Shown here in pieces: positions 13,500 to 27,121 of a DNA stretch of 64,000 nucleotides (its first letter is position 1; each line of letters begins with the position of its first letter). The notes under the pieces were generated by a model. It was not told the DNA's origin and ran no database searches. It worked only from the letters and a program-made list of their open reading frames with translations. The translations under genes were made by a program, and so were the position numbers. The DNA is taken from positions 30,634,767 through 30,698,766 of the forward strand of contig NC_057718.1 in NCBI RefSeq assembly GCF_004010195.1. Reading direction: 5' to 3'. Source of the stretch: Chiloscyllium plagiosum. Its lineage: Eukaryota.

Positions 13500-14125
13500 T
13501 TGAGAACAGTTTTGTGTCCCATATCTGAGGAAGGATGTACTGGTCCTGCAGCATATTCAGAGGAGGTTCATGGGAATGCTACCAGGAATGAAAAGCTTAA
13601 CACGTTTGAGGATTCTGGGTCTATGCTCAATGAGTTTAGAAGGATGAGGAGGGGTCTAGTTGAAGCATACAGCATACTGAGGAAGGGCTTATGCCAAAAA
13701 CGTCGATTCTCCTGTTCCCTGGATGCTGCCTGACCTGCTGTGCTGTTCCAGCAACACATTTTCAGTATACTGAGTGGCCTGGACAGAGTAGATGTTGGGA
13801 AGATGTTTCCATTGGTAGGAGATACTACAAGACCACAAGCTTAGAGTAAAGGGAAGATCATTTAAAACTGAGATACGGAGAAACTTCTTCAGCCAGAGAT
13901 TGGCGAATCTATGGAATTCATTGCCACAGAAGGCTGTGGAGGCGAGGTCATTGAATATATTTAAGATTAAGATAGATAGATAGATTCTTGAGTATCAAGG
14001 GGATCATGGGTTATGGGAAAAAGACGGAGAATGGGGGTGAGAAACTTATTAGCCATGATTGAATGGCAGAGCAGATGCGAAGGGCTGAATGGCTTAATTT
14101 CTGCTCCTATGTCTTACAGTCTTAT
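13500..14125 (+). mobile_element. CR1 LINE 3' fragment containing a PLE fragment (13677-13765)
   Basis: CR1-type 3' ORF2/UTR sequence (agaaacttcttcagccagaga...tggaattcattgccacag). The insert is flanked by atactgag on both sides. Confidence 0.8.
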
Positions 14126-14129
14126 GGTC

Positions 14130-14867
14130 TTATAGTTGTACAGCACAGAAACAGACTCTTCAGGCTAATACTTCCATGCCTACCAGTTATCTTAAATGAA
14201 TCTGGTCCCATTTGCCAGCATTTGGCCCATATCCCTCTAAGCCCTTCCTAGTCATGTACCTATCCAAATGCCTCTTAAATGTTGTAGTTGTACCAGTCTT
14301 CATTACTTCCTGTGGCAGCTCATTTCACATATGAACCACCCTCTATGTGAAAAAGATGCCCCTCATGTCCCTTTTAAATCTTGCTCCTATCACCTGAAAC
14401 CTATGTCTCTAATTTTGGACTCCCCTGCCCTGGGAAAAAGACTTTGGCTGTTGACCCTAACCATGCCCCTCATGATTTTATAAACATCTATAAGGTCACC
14501 CCTCAGCCTCCCCCATAGCTCAAACCCTCCAGCCCCAACAACATCCTTGTAAATCTTTTCTGAACCCTTTCAACTTAACAACATCTTTCCTATAGCAGGG
14601 AGACCAGAATTGAATGCATTAATCCAAAAGTTGCCTAACCAATGTCCTGTACAGCCACAACATGGCATCCCAACTCCTATACTCTATGCAGTGACCAATA
14701 AAGGCAAGGGTACCAAATGCCGCCTTCGCTATCCAGTTCACAGGCAACTCCACCTTCAAGGAACTATGAACCTGCACCCTAAGGTCTCTTTGTTCAGCAA
14801 CGCACCCCAGGATTCCCCCCATTAAGCGTATAAGTCCTGCTTGAATTGCCTTATCAAAATGCAACAC
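14130..14867 (-). mobile_element. CR1 LINE 3' fragment
   Basis: Minus ORF 14619-14867 (EQRDLRVQVHSSLKV...LYRTLVRQLL); same family as 1-746. Confidence 0.9.
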
Positions 14868-15214
14868 CTAAATAAACCTCCATCTGCCATTATGGTGGTG
14901 CATTTTCCACCTTGGAACCCTTCTGCTCCTACTTATCCAAACAATTATTTTCCATATATATGCTAGCAGTATGAAATTCCATCTCTCTGTTACGTCTCTC
15001 AATCCCACTATCTTCCTCAACAACACAAATGTCTGTGCTGTCAGCCTGTCTGTCAAAAGTAAGTAAACAAGAGCCACAATTCTTATTGAACCACTAATAA
15101 AGTATCGTTGATAGTTATATAATAAAGATTAATGAACTCTAATAAGATAAAGTTCTTATAAGGATTAACTATTATTTTCTAACAATGAGTATGAGATTGT
15201 CCTGTCACCATTTA

Positions 15215-15640
15215 TAACTAGTTTGCGGACAACACAAAAATAGAAAAAAGTGAGGTTGTGAGAGGGATACAAACAGTTTACAGAGAGATATCGACAGGTT
15301 AAGTAAATGGGTGAAAAGTTGACACGAGGAGTATAATGTGGGAAAACGTGAAGTTGCTCATTTTGGAAGGGAGAACAAAAGGACAGTAGTATTTAAATGA
15401 AGTAAAACTGCTATACAATAGGACTCTGGGAACTTGTGCATGAAACACAGAAAGGCAACAAACAAGGGCAGCAGGTAAACAAGAAAGCGAAAGGAATATT
15501 GGCCCTTATTTCAAGGGGGTTGGAGTAGAAGAGGAAGGAAGTCTTACTGCCACTGTACAAAGTACTGTTGAGACCACATCTGTTTGGTCCCCTTGTTTAA
15601 GGCAAGATATTCTTCCATTGGATGCAGTTCAGAGACTAAG
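15215..15640 (+). mobile_element. CR1 RT fragment (different subfamily)
   Basis: tttgcggacaacacaaaa (FADNTK) followed by decayed CR1 C-terminal sequence (ctgtacaaagtactgttgagaccacatctg = LYKVLLRPHL). Confidence 0.7.
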
Positions 15641-18437
15641 ATGACCTGTACAAGAAGGACGGATCGCACCTAAATTGGAAGGGGACTAATATACTGGCAG
15701 GGAGATTTGCTAGAGCTGCTCAGGAGGATTTAAACTAATAAGGGGAGGGGATGGGACCCAGGGAGATAGTGAGGAAAGAGATCAATCTGAGACTGGTACA
15801 GTTGAGAACAGAAGTGAATCAAACAGTCAGGGCAGGCAGGGACAAGGTAGGACTAATAAATTAAACTGCATTTATTTCAATGCAAGGGACCTAACAGGGA
15901 AGGCAGATGAACTCAGGGCATGGTTAAGAACATGGGACTGGGATAACATAGCAATTACAGAAACATGACTCAGGGATGGGCAGGACTGGCAGCTTAATGT
16001 TCCAGGATACAAATGCTACAGGAAAGATAGAAAGGGAGGCAAGAAGGGAGGGAGGAGTGGCGTTTTTGATAAGGGACAGCATTACAGCTCTGCTGAGGGA
16101 GGATATTCCTGGAAATACATCCAGGGAAGTTATTTGGGTGGAACTGAGAAATAAGAAAGGGATAATAACCTTATTGGGATTGTATTATAGACCCTCTAAT
16201 AGTCAGAGGGAAATTGAGAAACAAACTTGTAAGGAGATCTCAGCTATCTGTAAGAATAATAGGGTTGTTATGGTAGGGGATTTTAACTTTCCAAACATAG
16301 ACTGGGACTGCCATAGTGTTAAGGGTTTACATGGAGAGGGATTTCTTAAGTGTGTACAAGACAATTTTCTGATTCATTTGTGCATGTACCTACTAGAGAA
16401 GGTGCAAACCCTGACCTACCTTTGGGAAATAAGGCAGGGTAGATGAATCAGGTGTCACTTTGGGGCCAGCGACCATAATTCCATTAGATTTAAAATAATG
16501 ATGGAAAAGGATCTAAAAGTTGAAGTTCTAAATTGGAGAAAGGCTAATTTTGACTGTATTAGGCAAGAACTTTCAAAAGCTGATTGGGGGCAGATGTTCG
16601 TAGGTAAAGGGACGGCTGGAAAATGGGAAGCCTTCAGAAATGAGATAACTAGAATCCACAGAATGTATATTCCTATTAGGGTGAAAGGAAAAGCTAGTAG
16701 GTACAGGGAATGCTGGATGACTAAAGAAATTGAGGGTTTGCTTCAGAAAAAGAAGGAAGCATATGTAAGGTATAGACAGGATAGATCGAGTGAATCCTTA
16801 GAAGAGTATAAACATCTTGAAAAATGTCCAGATTACAGAGGAGGAAGTGCTGGATGTCTTGAAATGGGTAAAGGTGGATAAATCCCCAGGACCTGATCAG
16901 GTGAACTCTGTGGGAAGCGAGAGAAGTGATTACTGGGACTCTTGCTGATATATTTGTATCATCATTTGTATCATAGTCACAGGTGAGGTGCCGGAAGACT
17001 GGAGGTTGGCTAACGTGGTGCCACTGTTTAAGAAGGGTGGTAAGGACAAGCCAGGGAACTATAGACCGGTGAGCCTGACCTCAGTGGTGGGCAAGTTGTT
17101 GGAGGGAATCCTGAGGGACAGGATGTACATGTATTTAGAAAGACAAGGACTGATTTGGGATGGTCAACATGGCTTTATGCGTGGGAAGTCATGTCTCACA
17201 AACTTGATTGAAGGAATAACAAAGAGGATTGATAAGGGCAGAACGTTAGATGTGATCTATATGGACTTCAGTAAGCCATTCGACAAGGTTCCACATGGGA
17301 GACTGGTTAGCAAGGTTAGATCTCACGGAATACAGAGAGAACTAGCCATTTGGATACAGAACTGGCTCAAAGGTAGAAGACAGAGGGTGGTGGTGGAGGG
17401 TTGTTTTTCAGACTGGAGGCCTGTGATCAGTGGCGTGCCACAAGGATCGTTGCTGGGTCCTCTACTTTTTGTCATTTACATAAATGATTTGGATGTGAGC
17501 ATAAGAGGTACAGTTAGTAAGTTTGCAGGTGACACCAAAATTGGAGATGTAGGGGAAAGCGAAGAGGGTTACCTCAGATTACAACAGGATGTTGATCATA
17601 TGGGCCAATGGGCTGAGAAGTGGCAGATGGAGTTTAATTCAGATAAATGGTGATGCTGCATTTTGTGAAAGCAAATCTTAGCAGGACTTATGCACTTAAT
17701 GCCAAGGTCCTAGGGAGTTTGCTGAACAAAGAGACCTTGGAGTGCAGGTTCATAGCTTCTTGTAAGTGGAGTTGCAGATAGATAGGCTAGTGAAGAAGTC
17801 GTTTGGTATGCTTTTTTTTATGGGTCAGAGTATTGAGTACAGAAGCTGGGAGGTCATGCTGTGGCTGTACAGGACATTGGTTAGGCCACTGTTGGAATAT
17901 TGTGTGCAATTCTGGTCTCCTTCCTCTCGGAAAGATGTTGTGAAACTTGAAAGGGTTCAGAAAAGATTTACAAGGATGTTGCCAGGGTTGGAGGATTTGA
18001 GTTATAGGGAGAGGCTGAACAGGCTGGGGCTGTTTTTCCTGGAGCGTCGGATGTTGAGGGGTGACCTTATAGAGGTTTACAAAATCATGAGGGACATGGA
18101 TAGGATAAATAGACAAAGTATTTTCCCTGGTGTGGGGGAGTCCAGAATTAGAGGGCATAGGTTTCGGGTGAGAGGGGAAAGATATAAAAGAGACCTAAGG
18201 GGCAACTTTTCTCACAGAGGGAGGTACGTGTATGGAAAGAGCTGCCAGAGGAAATGGTGGAGGCTGGTACAATTGCAACATCTAAAAGGCATCTGGATGG
18301 GTATATGAATAGGAGGGGTTTGGAGGAATATGGGCCGGGTGCTGGCAGGTGCGATTAGATTGGGCTGGGATATCTGGTCAGCATGGACGGATTGGACCGA
18401 AGGGCCTGTTTCAATGCTGTACATCTCTATGACTCTG
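15641..18437 (+). mobile_element. Long CR1 LINE: end of ORF1 (esterase-like), disrupted ORF2 (APE endonuclease + RT), 3' UTR
   Basis: DLYKKDGSHLNWKGTNIL at 15643 (SGNH esterase DxxH-like). LNCIYFNAR at 15861; GGVA, YYRP and GDFNFPNIDW (APE endonuclease); PGNYRPVSLTS, QHGF, DFSKPFDKVPH, GVPQGSLLGP and FAGDTK (RT). Contains frameshifts and stops; ends in a ctctatgactct tail. Confidence 0.95.
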
Positions 18438-19303
18438 TGAACGTTCTCCAATGTATGCGTCAAAAAGCTCAAAGCTAACTTCACTCCCTTGTCACTCACT
18501 CTATTATCCTCCATGGCCACTCTCTGAGCCTGCACAAAACTTCTACATTGATTGAAATTCTATTTTTGTATCCTTTGACCATTTCTGCAATATTGTTTCT
18601 ATCTGTCTATTCGCCAGCTCCACTGTAAATCTATAACTATGTAAGGTTTTCTTCCCATACCTTTTTTATCTCTTGATTGTAGCCATTTGGGGATTATTCT
18701 ACTCTAAAATTTCTAAAACTATCATTTCAACTATTCTTGCTATTCATCCTAGTTTATTCCTCCACAAGTTAGTGTTCATTTATCTCTGTATTAATTGACA
18801 CATTTGTTGCATTATTTCTGGTAATATCTCAGCGTATCCTTAACTATTGACCAACTCCACTGAATGAACAGCAACTAATTGAATTTGTGTGATGCCTTTA
18901 ACAAAAGGACTGAACAGGAGCATTGTGGAAATTTTCAATCTTGTTTCACAAAGCAGATATTGAGCCAGATAACCAAAAGCTTGGTCTCAAAGGTAGATTT
19001 TAAGAAGCATCTTAAAAGAGGGAAGAAAAGAGGAAGATAAAGATATAAATCCAGAGCTTAGGAGCTAGGCAGTTGGGTCATGCATCAATATCAGGGTGAT
19101 TAAAATCAGGAATGCTTCAGGAGGTCAGCGATTTCAGCGGGAGGGCACAGCACGGCCGTGGAGGGATTTGGGGAAAAAAATGTAAAGTTGAGACATTGTG
19201 TGATTTTGTGTCAAGTGAGAATCAGTGAACATAAGTGGTGGGTTGGAGGTCAGGTGTATTTGGGGTCTGGGGAAGGTGGAAGAATAACAGTTCCAGATTT
19301 CCA

Positions 19304-19706
19304 AAGCTGGAAGAACAGTGCCTCATTTTCTGCCTGGGAACTCTGCAGCCTTCTGGACTTAATATTGATTTCAACAACTTTACGGCTTAACCATCTTCTC
19401 CTATTTCCCTATCCCAGTCAACACACACCAGGTCTTGTGATCACTTGGGCTGCTACCACACACAACCCATTGTCAGCCCTCACTAGTCCCCATTAGGAGC
19501 TTGTCATTCTTCTAGGCTGACATTTATCCACTGCTTTGTCTGTCCTACAGTTTTTTTTTCTCTCCTTTTGGCTCGATCTCCATCTTTCGTTTACTCTCTC
19601 CCCTCCCACCCACACCCCCCGTCTTCTGCAAGTTACCAACATTTTCAAGCTACCACCAGTTTTGAAGAAGTGTTTATCCAATACTGTGTTCTTAGACAGT
19701 TTTGAG
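19304..19706 (+). mobile_element. Penelope-like element 3' fragment (GIY-YIG C-terminus + pLTR)
   Basis: 19304-19390 translates KLEEQCLIFCLGTLQPSGLNIDFNNFTA*, a typical PLE endonuclease C-terminus. Followed by a pyrimidine-rich pLTR and a decayed hammerhead-like box. Confidence 0.75.
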
Positions 19707-19868
19707 AGAAGCAGAGGTAAAGAAAGATGGAGATTAGATAGAGCTGGGAGTTGTCAGTGCACACATGAAACTTGAAGACGTAATTTCACATGATGTCTGT
19801 AAGAGGGCAGCTAATAGGTGTGAAAGGGGCATGGTTTGAAGCTAGAACTTAAGGAAGTGCCATGATGG

Positions 19869-20177
19869 TTTAGATTACATTAGATTACATTACAGTATGG
19901 AAACAGGCCCTTCGGCCCAACAAGTCCACACCGACCCGCAACCCAACCATACCCCTACATTTACCCCTCTACCCAACACTATGGGCAATTTAGCATAGCC
20001 AATTCACCTGACCTGCACATCTTTGGACTGTGGGAGGAAACCGGAGCACCCGGAGGAAACCCACACAGACACTGGGAGAACGTGCAAACTCCACACAGTC
20101 AGTTGCCTGAGGCGGGAATTGAACCCGGGTCTCTGGCGCTGTGAGGCAACAGTGCTAACCACTGTGCCACCGTGCCG
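19869..20177 (-). mobile_element. HE1-like SINE
   Basis: Reverse complement of the HE1-like consensus with an (attagattac)n tail. Confidence 0.9.
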
Positions 20178-20852
20178 ATGGTGTTGAGTGAGAAGCGAAA
20201 ATTTTGATGATGATTCTCTGGCTATCACAGGGTAGATATGAATGAACCTGGAAAAGTATAATTCTGCCGAGTTGAATGACAGTGGCAAGGCATTGTTTCA
20301 GAATTTCGTTGTGAATGATGTCAAAGAGATTCCAGACAGGTTGAGGAGGAATAGTTTAATCTTGTCACAACCAACCAAGATGTCATTTGTGATTTGGTAA
20401 GAGCTGTTTTGGTATTACAGTAGAAAAAATAAACTAAATGAAGGAATAAGGAATTCTGAGAAAGATGGGCATAAATAGCAACAACACATTCAAAATTGAG
20501 AGGAAAAATAGTTTTGTGGTTGGGCAATAGTTTACAAGGCTGGAGGTGTCAATTGTTTTTGTTTTGAAGGAGGGCAATACCTGAGGAGACAGAATCATTA
20601 ACACTGTCAGCTATGACAGGTGTTATGAAGTGATATTGAGTGGTCAATAATGTTGTAAGAATTGTGCCCAGGAAGTAAAGGATGGATCTGATTGATAACA
20701 TAAAAATGAGATAAAGATACAAGTTCAGGATTAGGGCAAGGAAGGAACTTTTGTGGGGCTTTGTCCTAGTAGACTCTGGGAAGGTGCAAAACAGTGAACG
20801 GATAACCTAAATCTTAGTCATTAAATGTGATGAGCAATTTACCCCTGTTTCT

Positions 20853-20918
20853 ACTCGAAATTGTCTAAAAACACAGTTTTGGATAAACCCTTCTTCAGAA
20901 CTGGTGGTAGCTTGAAAA
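20853..20918 (-). mobile_element. Inverted partial copy of the PLE terminus at 19642-19706
   Basis: Reverse complement ttttcaagctaccaccagttctgaagaagggtttatccaaaactgtgtttttagacaatttcgag matches 19642-19706. Confidence 0.7.
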
Positions 20919-21539
20919 CTTTGAGGTTTTTTGTTGGAGATGAGGGTAGAAGTAATGGGGAATGTGGCTTAGGAAAATGTTTAGTGGCATTTAGAGAATA
21001 TTGTCTTTGCCTTCTTGGAGGATATTTGAGTTGGGCCGCTTTAAAGATTAAGGGCATATAAAGAACTTTATATTGCCCGGGTTCTAGTCAGATTTGACAA
21101 TGAATGCTTCAAATTGCCATTTGCCAGTTACATTAAAGTGAGTTGTAAGGTGGTGAAGGGTAGTCACTATAGTGAAGACAAAGACATCAGAGATAGTGGA
21201 AAGGGTGTGATTTTAAAAGAAATTAAGAGCTACAAAACTACATGATGAACTAAAGACCAAAGGCCCAGTATTTAGAAATTGTGAAGCTAAGTAACTTGGG
21301 AGAGAGACTTAATCCAGAATTATACTTAGAAAGAAGTAAACTTGGGAGAAGAGTAGGAGTAGAAAATAACTGAAGGAAATGTTTTAAGATGACTCGATTA
21401 TACTGTTATGGCCCCATTATGAGGCTACTTGACAAACTGGACCTTTGTTATGATCTGGCTTGATAGATTATAATCTTTTGCAAAATAGAATGCAAGATAA
21501 AACCACTAATGAAATTTGGATTCAATAAAATCTGGCATT

Positions 21540-21770
21540 AAAAGTTAGCATAATAGTGACCATGTAACCAGTGTCAATTGTTATAAAAATGCATATAGTT
21601 CAATAATGTCCTTTAAGGAAGAAAATGTGACATCCTTACTTACTGGCCTCCATTTGACTCCTGACCAATACCAATATGATCGACTCTTAACTGCCCTCTG
21701 CGAAATTAGGAATGGACAATAAATACCTAACCAATGACATCCACACTCCACAAATGAATGAAAAAAACTA
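21540..21770 (+). repeat. Old interspersed repeat (SINE/LINE-tail family); other copies near 23460-23690, 40100-40320 (-) and 60810-61090
   Basis: Shared motif gaagg/aaat..g..atccttac...ggcct.cat.tgactc...aattagg.atggg/acaataaat in all four places. Confidence 0.6.
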
Positions 21771-22034
21771 AAGCCCTGCATTTTAATTATCTTACCTTCC
21801 TGACCATAACCTTTTAAAGGAACATGCTTCCAATTTTTTACGAGCAACACACTTCAAGATGCTACAGTTGGATTCATCCCATTTTCCACTGTTAACCTTA
21901 AATTCCTAAAACTAAAAATTGTATACTGAAAGACCTGAACCATGGTCTAAATATTCACAGCAATACTAAACAGGTGACCAGTTTATTCACAGCAAGTGTT
22001 ACTTCACAGTAAACTTGACTATCAATATTTCCAG

Positions 22035-22211
22035 GAGAATTTGAGGTCTGCAGATGCTGGAGATTAAAGCTGAAAATGTGTTGCTGGAAAAGCGCAGCAG
22101 GTCAGGCAGCATCCAGGGAACAGGNNNNNNNNNNNNNNNNNNNNNNNNNNNNNNNNNCTGTTCCCTGGATGCTGCCTGACCTGCTGCGCTTTTCCAGCAA
22201 CACATTTTCAG
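22035..22211. mobile_element. Fold-back PLE insertion spanning a 33-N assembly gap, 16-bp TSD
   Basis: Perfect inverted arms either side of the Ns (22125-22157). ctatcaatatttccag is duplicated at 22019-22034 and 22212-22227. Confidence 0.88.
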
Positions 22212-24306
22212 CTATCAATATTTCCAGTCAAAACTGGCAAGGATGCTGTGGAATTCGTGTGCAGATCGATGATATAAACTTAAACACTAAAACTTTTCAA
22301 GTGTAAATTACAGAATGGCAGAGACAATACATGGTCTTGAACTATTTTTTGTTCTATTTTAAAAGATTACCGGTTAAAAATATCAGTGCAAAATGTTTAG
22401 CCAAAAGTAATGCACAAGTAAGCATTTGCCACTAAGATTTTCAGAAAAATCCACCTTTTGAACTACATCAAATTTCTTGATTAAAAGTTAGTTCTAATTT
22501 GAATTCCAAACGAAATTGTCACAACTCCTAGCATGTTTAAATTTATGGATACCTTGCTGAAAACAAAATAAATGAAGGTAGTATAAACATAAGAACCAAT
22601 TCAGCTTCTATATATTGTGTATAATTATAGTCATATTTACTTAAAAAGTGCAATGTAGCCTCTATCCCCAAACTAAAGTAAGCATCAAGTTCCAAAACTA
22701 GTACATGAACTGCAACCAGAAGCCAAGTGCTGAGTTGGTGGTAAATTTGTCCTAGGCCCTAACAAATGTATACCATTGATCTGGTGCCCAATTTGATATT
22801 TGGTTACAGCCACTTTTAGTTTATGGATTTTCTTTTCTCTGAATGTTGAAAATTGGAGGAGAGATGGGAAGAGTTAATGGCTGGCCTAGAAACGCTAATG
22901 TTCTAGAATTAAACTTCTGAGAGTCTTTGAAATTCCATTTCTCAAACTCTTGTTGCAGACTCTTTAAGTATTTTAAGGCAGAGGTAGATAGATTCTCGAT
23001 TACCAAGGGATTGAAAGATTTTCGGGGATATACAGGAATGTAGCGTTGAAGTTAAATCAGATCAGCCATGATCTTATTGGATGGTGGTGTTGGCTTGAAG
23101 GGCCCAGTGGCCTACCTTTGTTCCTTGTTCAAATGTTTGTACTGTGACTAAAATGGTTGGAAAGAATGTTGAGTCAAAAAATGCAAGAAAGACAAAATTT
23201 TAGTCTGCTGAATGATGTCAATTTTGAAGTACCCAAATTAATGACTAATGTTTAGTCAGTAATGCAGCCATTCTAATAATCCAGAGACTCAGGCTAACCC
23301 TATGAAGAAGGCGCAAGCTAACATTCTGAGTCGAGATGACTCTTCATCAGAGTCTACTTTCAGTACAGATTCCAGCATCTGCAGTAATTTTTTCCTACAT
23401 AATGCTATGAAGACGTGGATCCAAGTTCTACGAGAGCAATAAGCTGATTTCACTGATGTTCAACATGATATCATTGATTGTTTTAAAATCTGATTTGATT
23501 AATTGATATCCTTTAGGGAAGGATGTGTCATTCCTACTTGGTCTAATCAGCATGTGACTCCAGATCTACATCAATGTGGTTGAGCCTCATCTGCCTTATG
23601 AATGTTCAGTTCAAGAGCAATTGCAAAATAGACAACAAATAGAGAGTATGCCAATAACACCTACTCACAGTGAAAGATTAAAGGAATAAAAGCCTCTTAC
23701 AACTGTTCAGTAATTTAATGTTCAAAAAGTAGAATCCTGAAGTTAGGCCTGATTGCATCTGCAAGAATGCATCTAAGCAGCCAAATCTTGCCTAAATTTT
23801 ATTAATCTTAGTTCCATTCCATATGGCAAGATACCCAACTTTCCAAGTTTATGGTATTTACAAAGAGTATATTGCGAAACACTGTGTTTATTGGGTAATT
23901 GCGCAATTCAATGTGATGTGGAGACATGCCAGTTAAAGGCTGCATTCTCTGTTCCTGACCCTGACCTCGGTCAACAGTTAGCATGTTGTCTACATTCATA
24001 CATAAAGTCTGTTACAAGTAAGCAAAATACTGAGGAGATGGACAGTAATTACAGATTTGTACCTTGGATAAGTTAATTTCTTCAGGAGAAAATAGAAAGG
24101 GAGAAATGATTGACCTAGAAAATCTAATGTTCAAAAATTAAATTTATCAATAGTAGAATCAACTCATTATTCAAGATGTGAATTACATAGTAACACTGAA
24201 CGAGTTCTCGACATTTGTATGTGTTTTCTTCATTTTTAAAAAGTTGAAAATATTTTTAGATATTCAATTTGTTGAAGAACCAAATTCTTTACTACAAGAT
24301 ATTCTT

Positions 24307-24652
24307 GTTAGAATTAGAATCCCGACAGTATGGAAACAGGCCCTTCGGCCAAACAAGTCCACACTGACCCTCTGAAGAGTAACCCACCCAGACCCATTCC
24401 CTATCCTACATATTTACCCCTGACTAACAAACCTAACCTATACATTCCTAAACACTATGGGCAATTTAGCATGGCCAATTCACCTAACCTGCATATCTTT
24501 GGATTGTGGGAGGAAACTGGAGCACCCAGAGGAAACCCATGCAGATACAGGAGAATGTGCAAACTCCACACAGACAGTTGCCCGAGGCTGGAATCGAACC
24601 TGGGCCCCTGGTGCTGTGAGGCAGCAGTGCTAACCACTAAGCCACCACACCG
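24307..24652 (-). mobile_element. HE1-like SINE
   Basis: Reverse complement of the HE1-like consensus. Confidence 0.88.
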
Positions 24653-26176
24653 TTAACTCTGAAACAAATGGTTATAGCTATATTATCTAACTCGTTGAAC
24701 TTGTAATCCTGTTGGTTCAGAGAACTTTAACTTGGAGTCATCGGAAATAATAAGTGTCTTAAAATAAAATTAAGATTCAATCTGTCAGATTCTGAAGCAA
24801 GTCCTGGGGCCCAATTCTAGTCAATGCATTGTGAAGAATACTGTATGTGTTACACAAGAATTTCTGACTTTTTACCTTGAGATGAATTGTACATATTTTT
24901 ATGTTTCATGTTAGATAGCAGCTGCTGATTTGTATGCTTTGAACTTCTCGCATGGTGGTTAAAATTGAAGTATTGAGAGAGTACAGGAGGCATGGATACC
25001 TGACACCCTCTTAAACCTGCTTTGACACTACAATGGAGTTGCATTGCATGTGGTGTTGAATTCAAGCAGTGCAAGTCTATACCCCTTAAGTGCATCTCGC
25101 TCTACTTCCCTCAAACTCAAACCAGATCCTGATCTAGATGTATACTACAACTTCAGTACTCTATGATATGATTTCCACTCAGCAGCATTACTAAAGTTGA
25201 GTGTAGAATTTTTATTCAGTTTTTCATTTTGCATTAAATTATTGATGATCAAATGAAGGCTTTAAAGAGGTCAGGCTGAACGTTGGGGAATAATTAGATG
25301 AAGTTGCTCATCTTAATTCAATTCACATTTTAAAGTGACATATCTTGCATTTTTACATTTCTGTTTTCCATTCCCATGTAAGAACCAAATTACATTTGTC
25401 TGTCTTCTCAATGACAACGGTTAGGGATTTCATTGGACACTGTCCTACTTCATCAGAATAATGTCACGGTCACGAATCAGAAACTGAAGTTAGTGTGAAT
25501 GGGCAACTCACTCTGAGTGAAGGTGTAGCCGCAACATGGGATCAGCTTTGAAGAAAATCCTGACTAGTGAAAATTAGTATGTGCAGAGTCCACTTTCTGT
25601 GCACATTAAGTTTAAAGCTATTAGATATATTAGCTCTCTAATAACATTTAAAACACTCCTCTCTATCCTGCTTCCTTCATAGTCTCTTCCATCCATAGTG
25701 TTCCAAGTACAACTTGTGATTGGTACTGAGTCAATTGCTGTCACAGGAGGCTGGAGGGACGCAGCAAAAACCAGGCAGCGTCAGGAGGTGGTGAAGTCAA
25801 CGTTTCAGATGTAACCCTTATTCAGGCCTGGGGAGTGTGTGTAGGGGGAGCTGAAATACTACAGTTCACCTCAAAATTTGCCATCTGGTTAGGAAACCTA
25901 CAAGCAATGTCAACCTTTTTATTTGGTCATTATCCAGTGATTTCTATGGAGTGCATATCAGTTAGGCCAGAACATTACCAGTACAAAACTGAATTTTGGT
26001 TGATAAACATTTTGGTATTAGATTTGAGAAAAGGCTATTTGAACCTATCCCCTGTGAAAAAGCATCTCAGTAGGAATCATGGTGACAATTGGTTGAAAGT
26101 ATCCATCTGAAGGAGGCATACTAGCTACACGAATAAAGCAATGTAACCTGACTATATTTTACTACTTGTACTACAG

Positions 26177-26251
26177 CATAATGCGATGGGATAATGAGAT
26201 GGATGTGTCTCCTATGGAAGAACGTTTTGATGTTATTATCTGTGCTGATTG
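26177..26251 (+). CDS. CAMKMT: Calmodulin-lysine N-methyltransferase, internal coding exon (75 bp, phase 2/2)
   Basis: tactacag|C...TG|gtgagt. Translates IMRWDNEMDVSPMEERFDVIICAD(C), matching recalled human [31 protein letters not shown]. Confidence 0.95.
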
Positions 26252-27121
26252 GTGAGTATGTACATAATATATATTTTAAATATTATAAATATCATTTTTG
26301 ACACACAACATATTTGAGGGATAATTTTTCATACTTTGCACATTTTTTTGGGAAAGAAAGATTGCTTACCAAAAATTCAAGCAAAGTAAACAGATGAAGT
26401 GCAGAGTAGCATAACGGTGACAAATTAATATGCAGCTTCATGTGACAGCTATCAAGTAGTGGTCTATCAGACAGTAACTTCTACCACATTATTTCGAAAG
26501 ATTGATTTTAAGAGGCATTCCATTTTCTGAAATTGCTTCTTTTTCATGCTTGACGTACCAGTAAATGGACAACTTAGGCAAATTGCTAATAATTATGGCT
26601 CAGTGAGATGTAGTCTGGAGAAAGAAAATGTATCAACATAAACAGCTCTTTCTGTAGATTAAAAAGTCAGTTGGCCCCCTTTCTCCCTTCCAAAAACAAA
26701 TATCTGACCAATAGTACAGGAATTGTTCTTAATATGAATAGTGAGTTTCAGAACCATTTCTTTTGGACCTTTGTCAGAGATGCATACTTGATGCCATTTG
26801 TATCAGGTGCTTGCAAATGATTTTATTTTATTCATTTCCAAATTAATTATCGGCAAATATTTTATCTCATCTAATTTGTGCGGTTATTTTTGTACTGATG
26901 CAAAAACTTTTTTTTTGCTTACTATGTTAGTTTTACACTTTTCAATTGAAAGTAATGTATACGTTAATCCCTGGTTAGCACGGAATTTGTTCATTTTAAT
27001 TGGGATAACATTAAGCATGCCACATTTGGCCTCACTATCTGTTCTTGTGACTATTCAGTCACTCCTGCTACAAAATGCACAGTTACAATATCAAGTGAGA
27101 TAACAGTGGGTTCACCTCTTA

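Noticed and set aside
16988..17653. 221-aa RT ORF as an active reverse transcriptase
   Set aside because: Fragment of a CR1 ORF2 with frameshifts, stops, a deletion and a mutated catalytic motif (FAGD instead of FADD).
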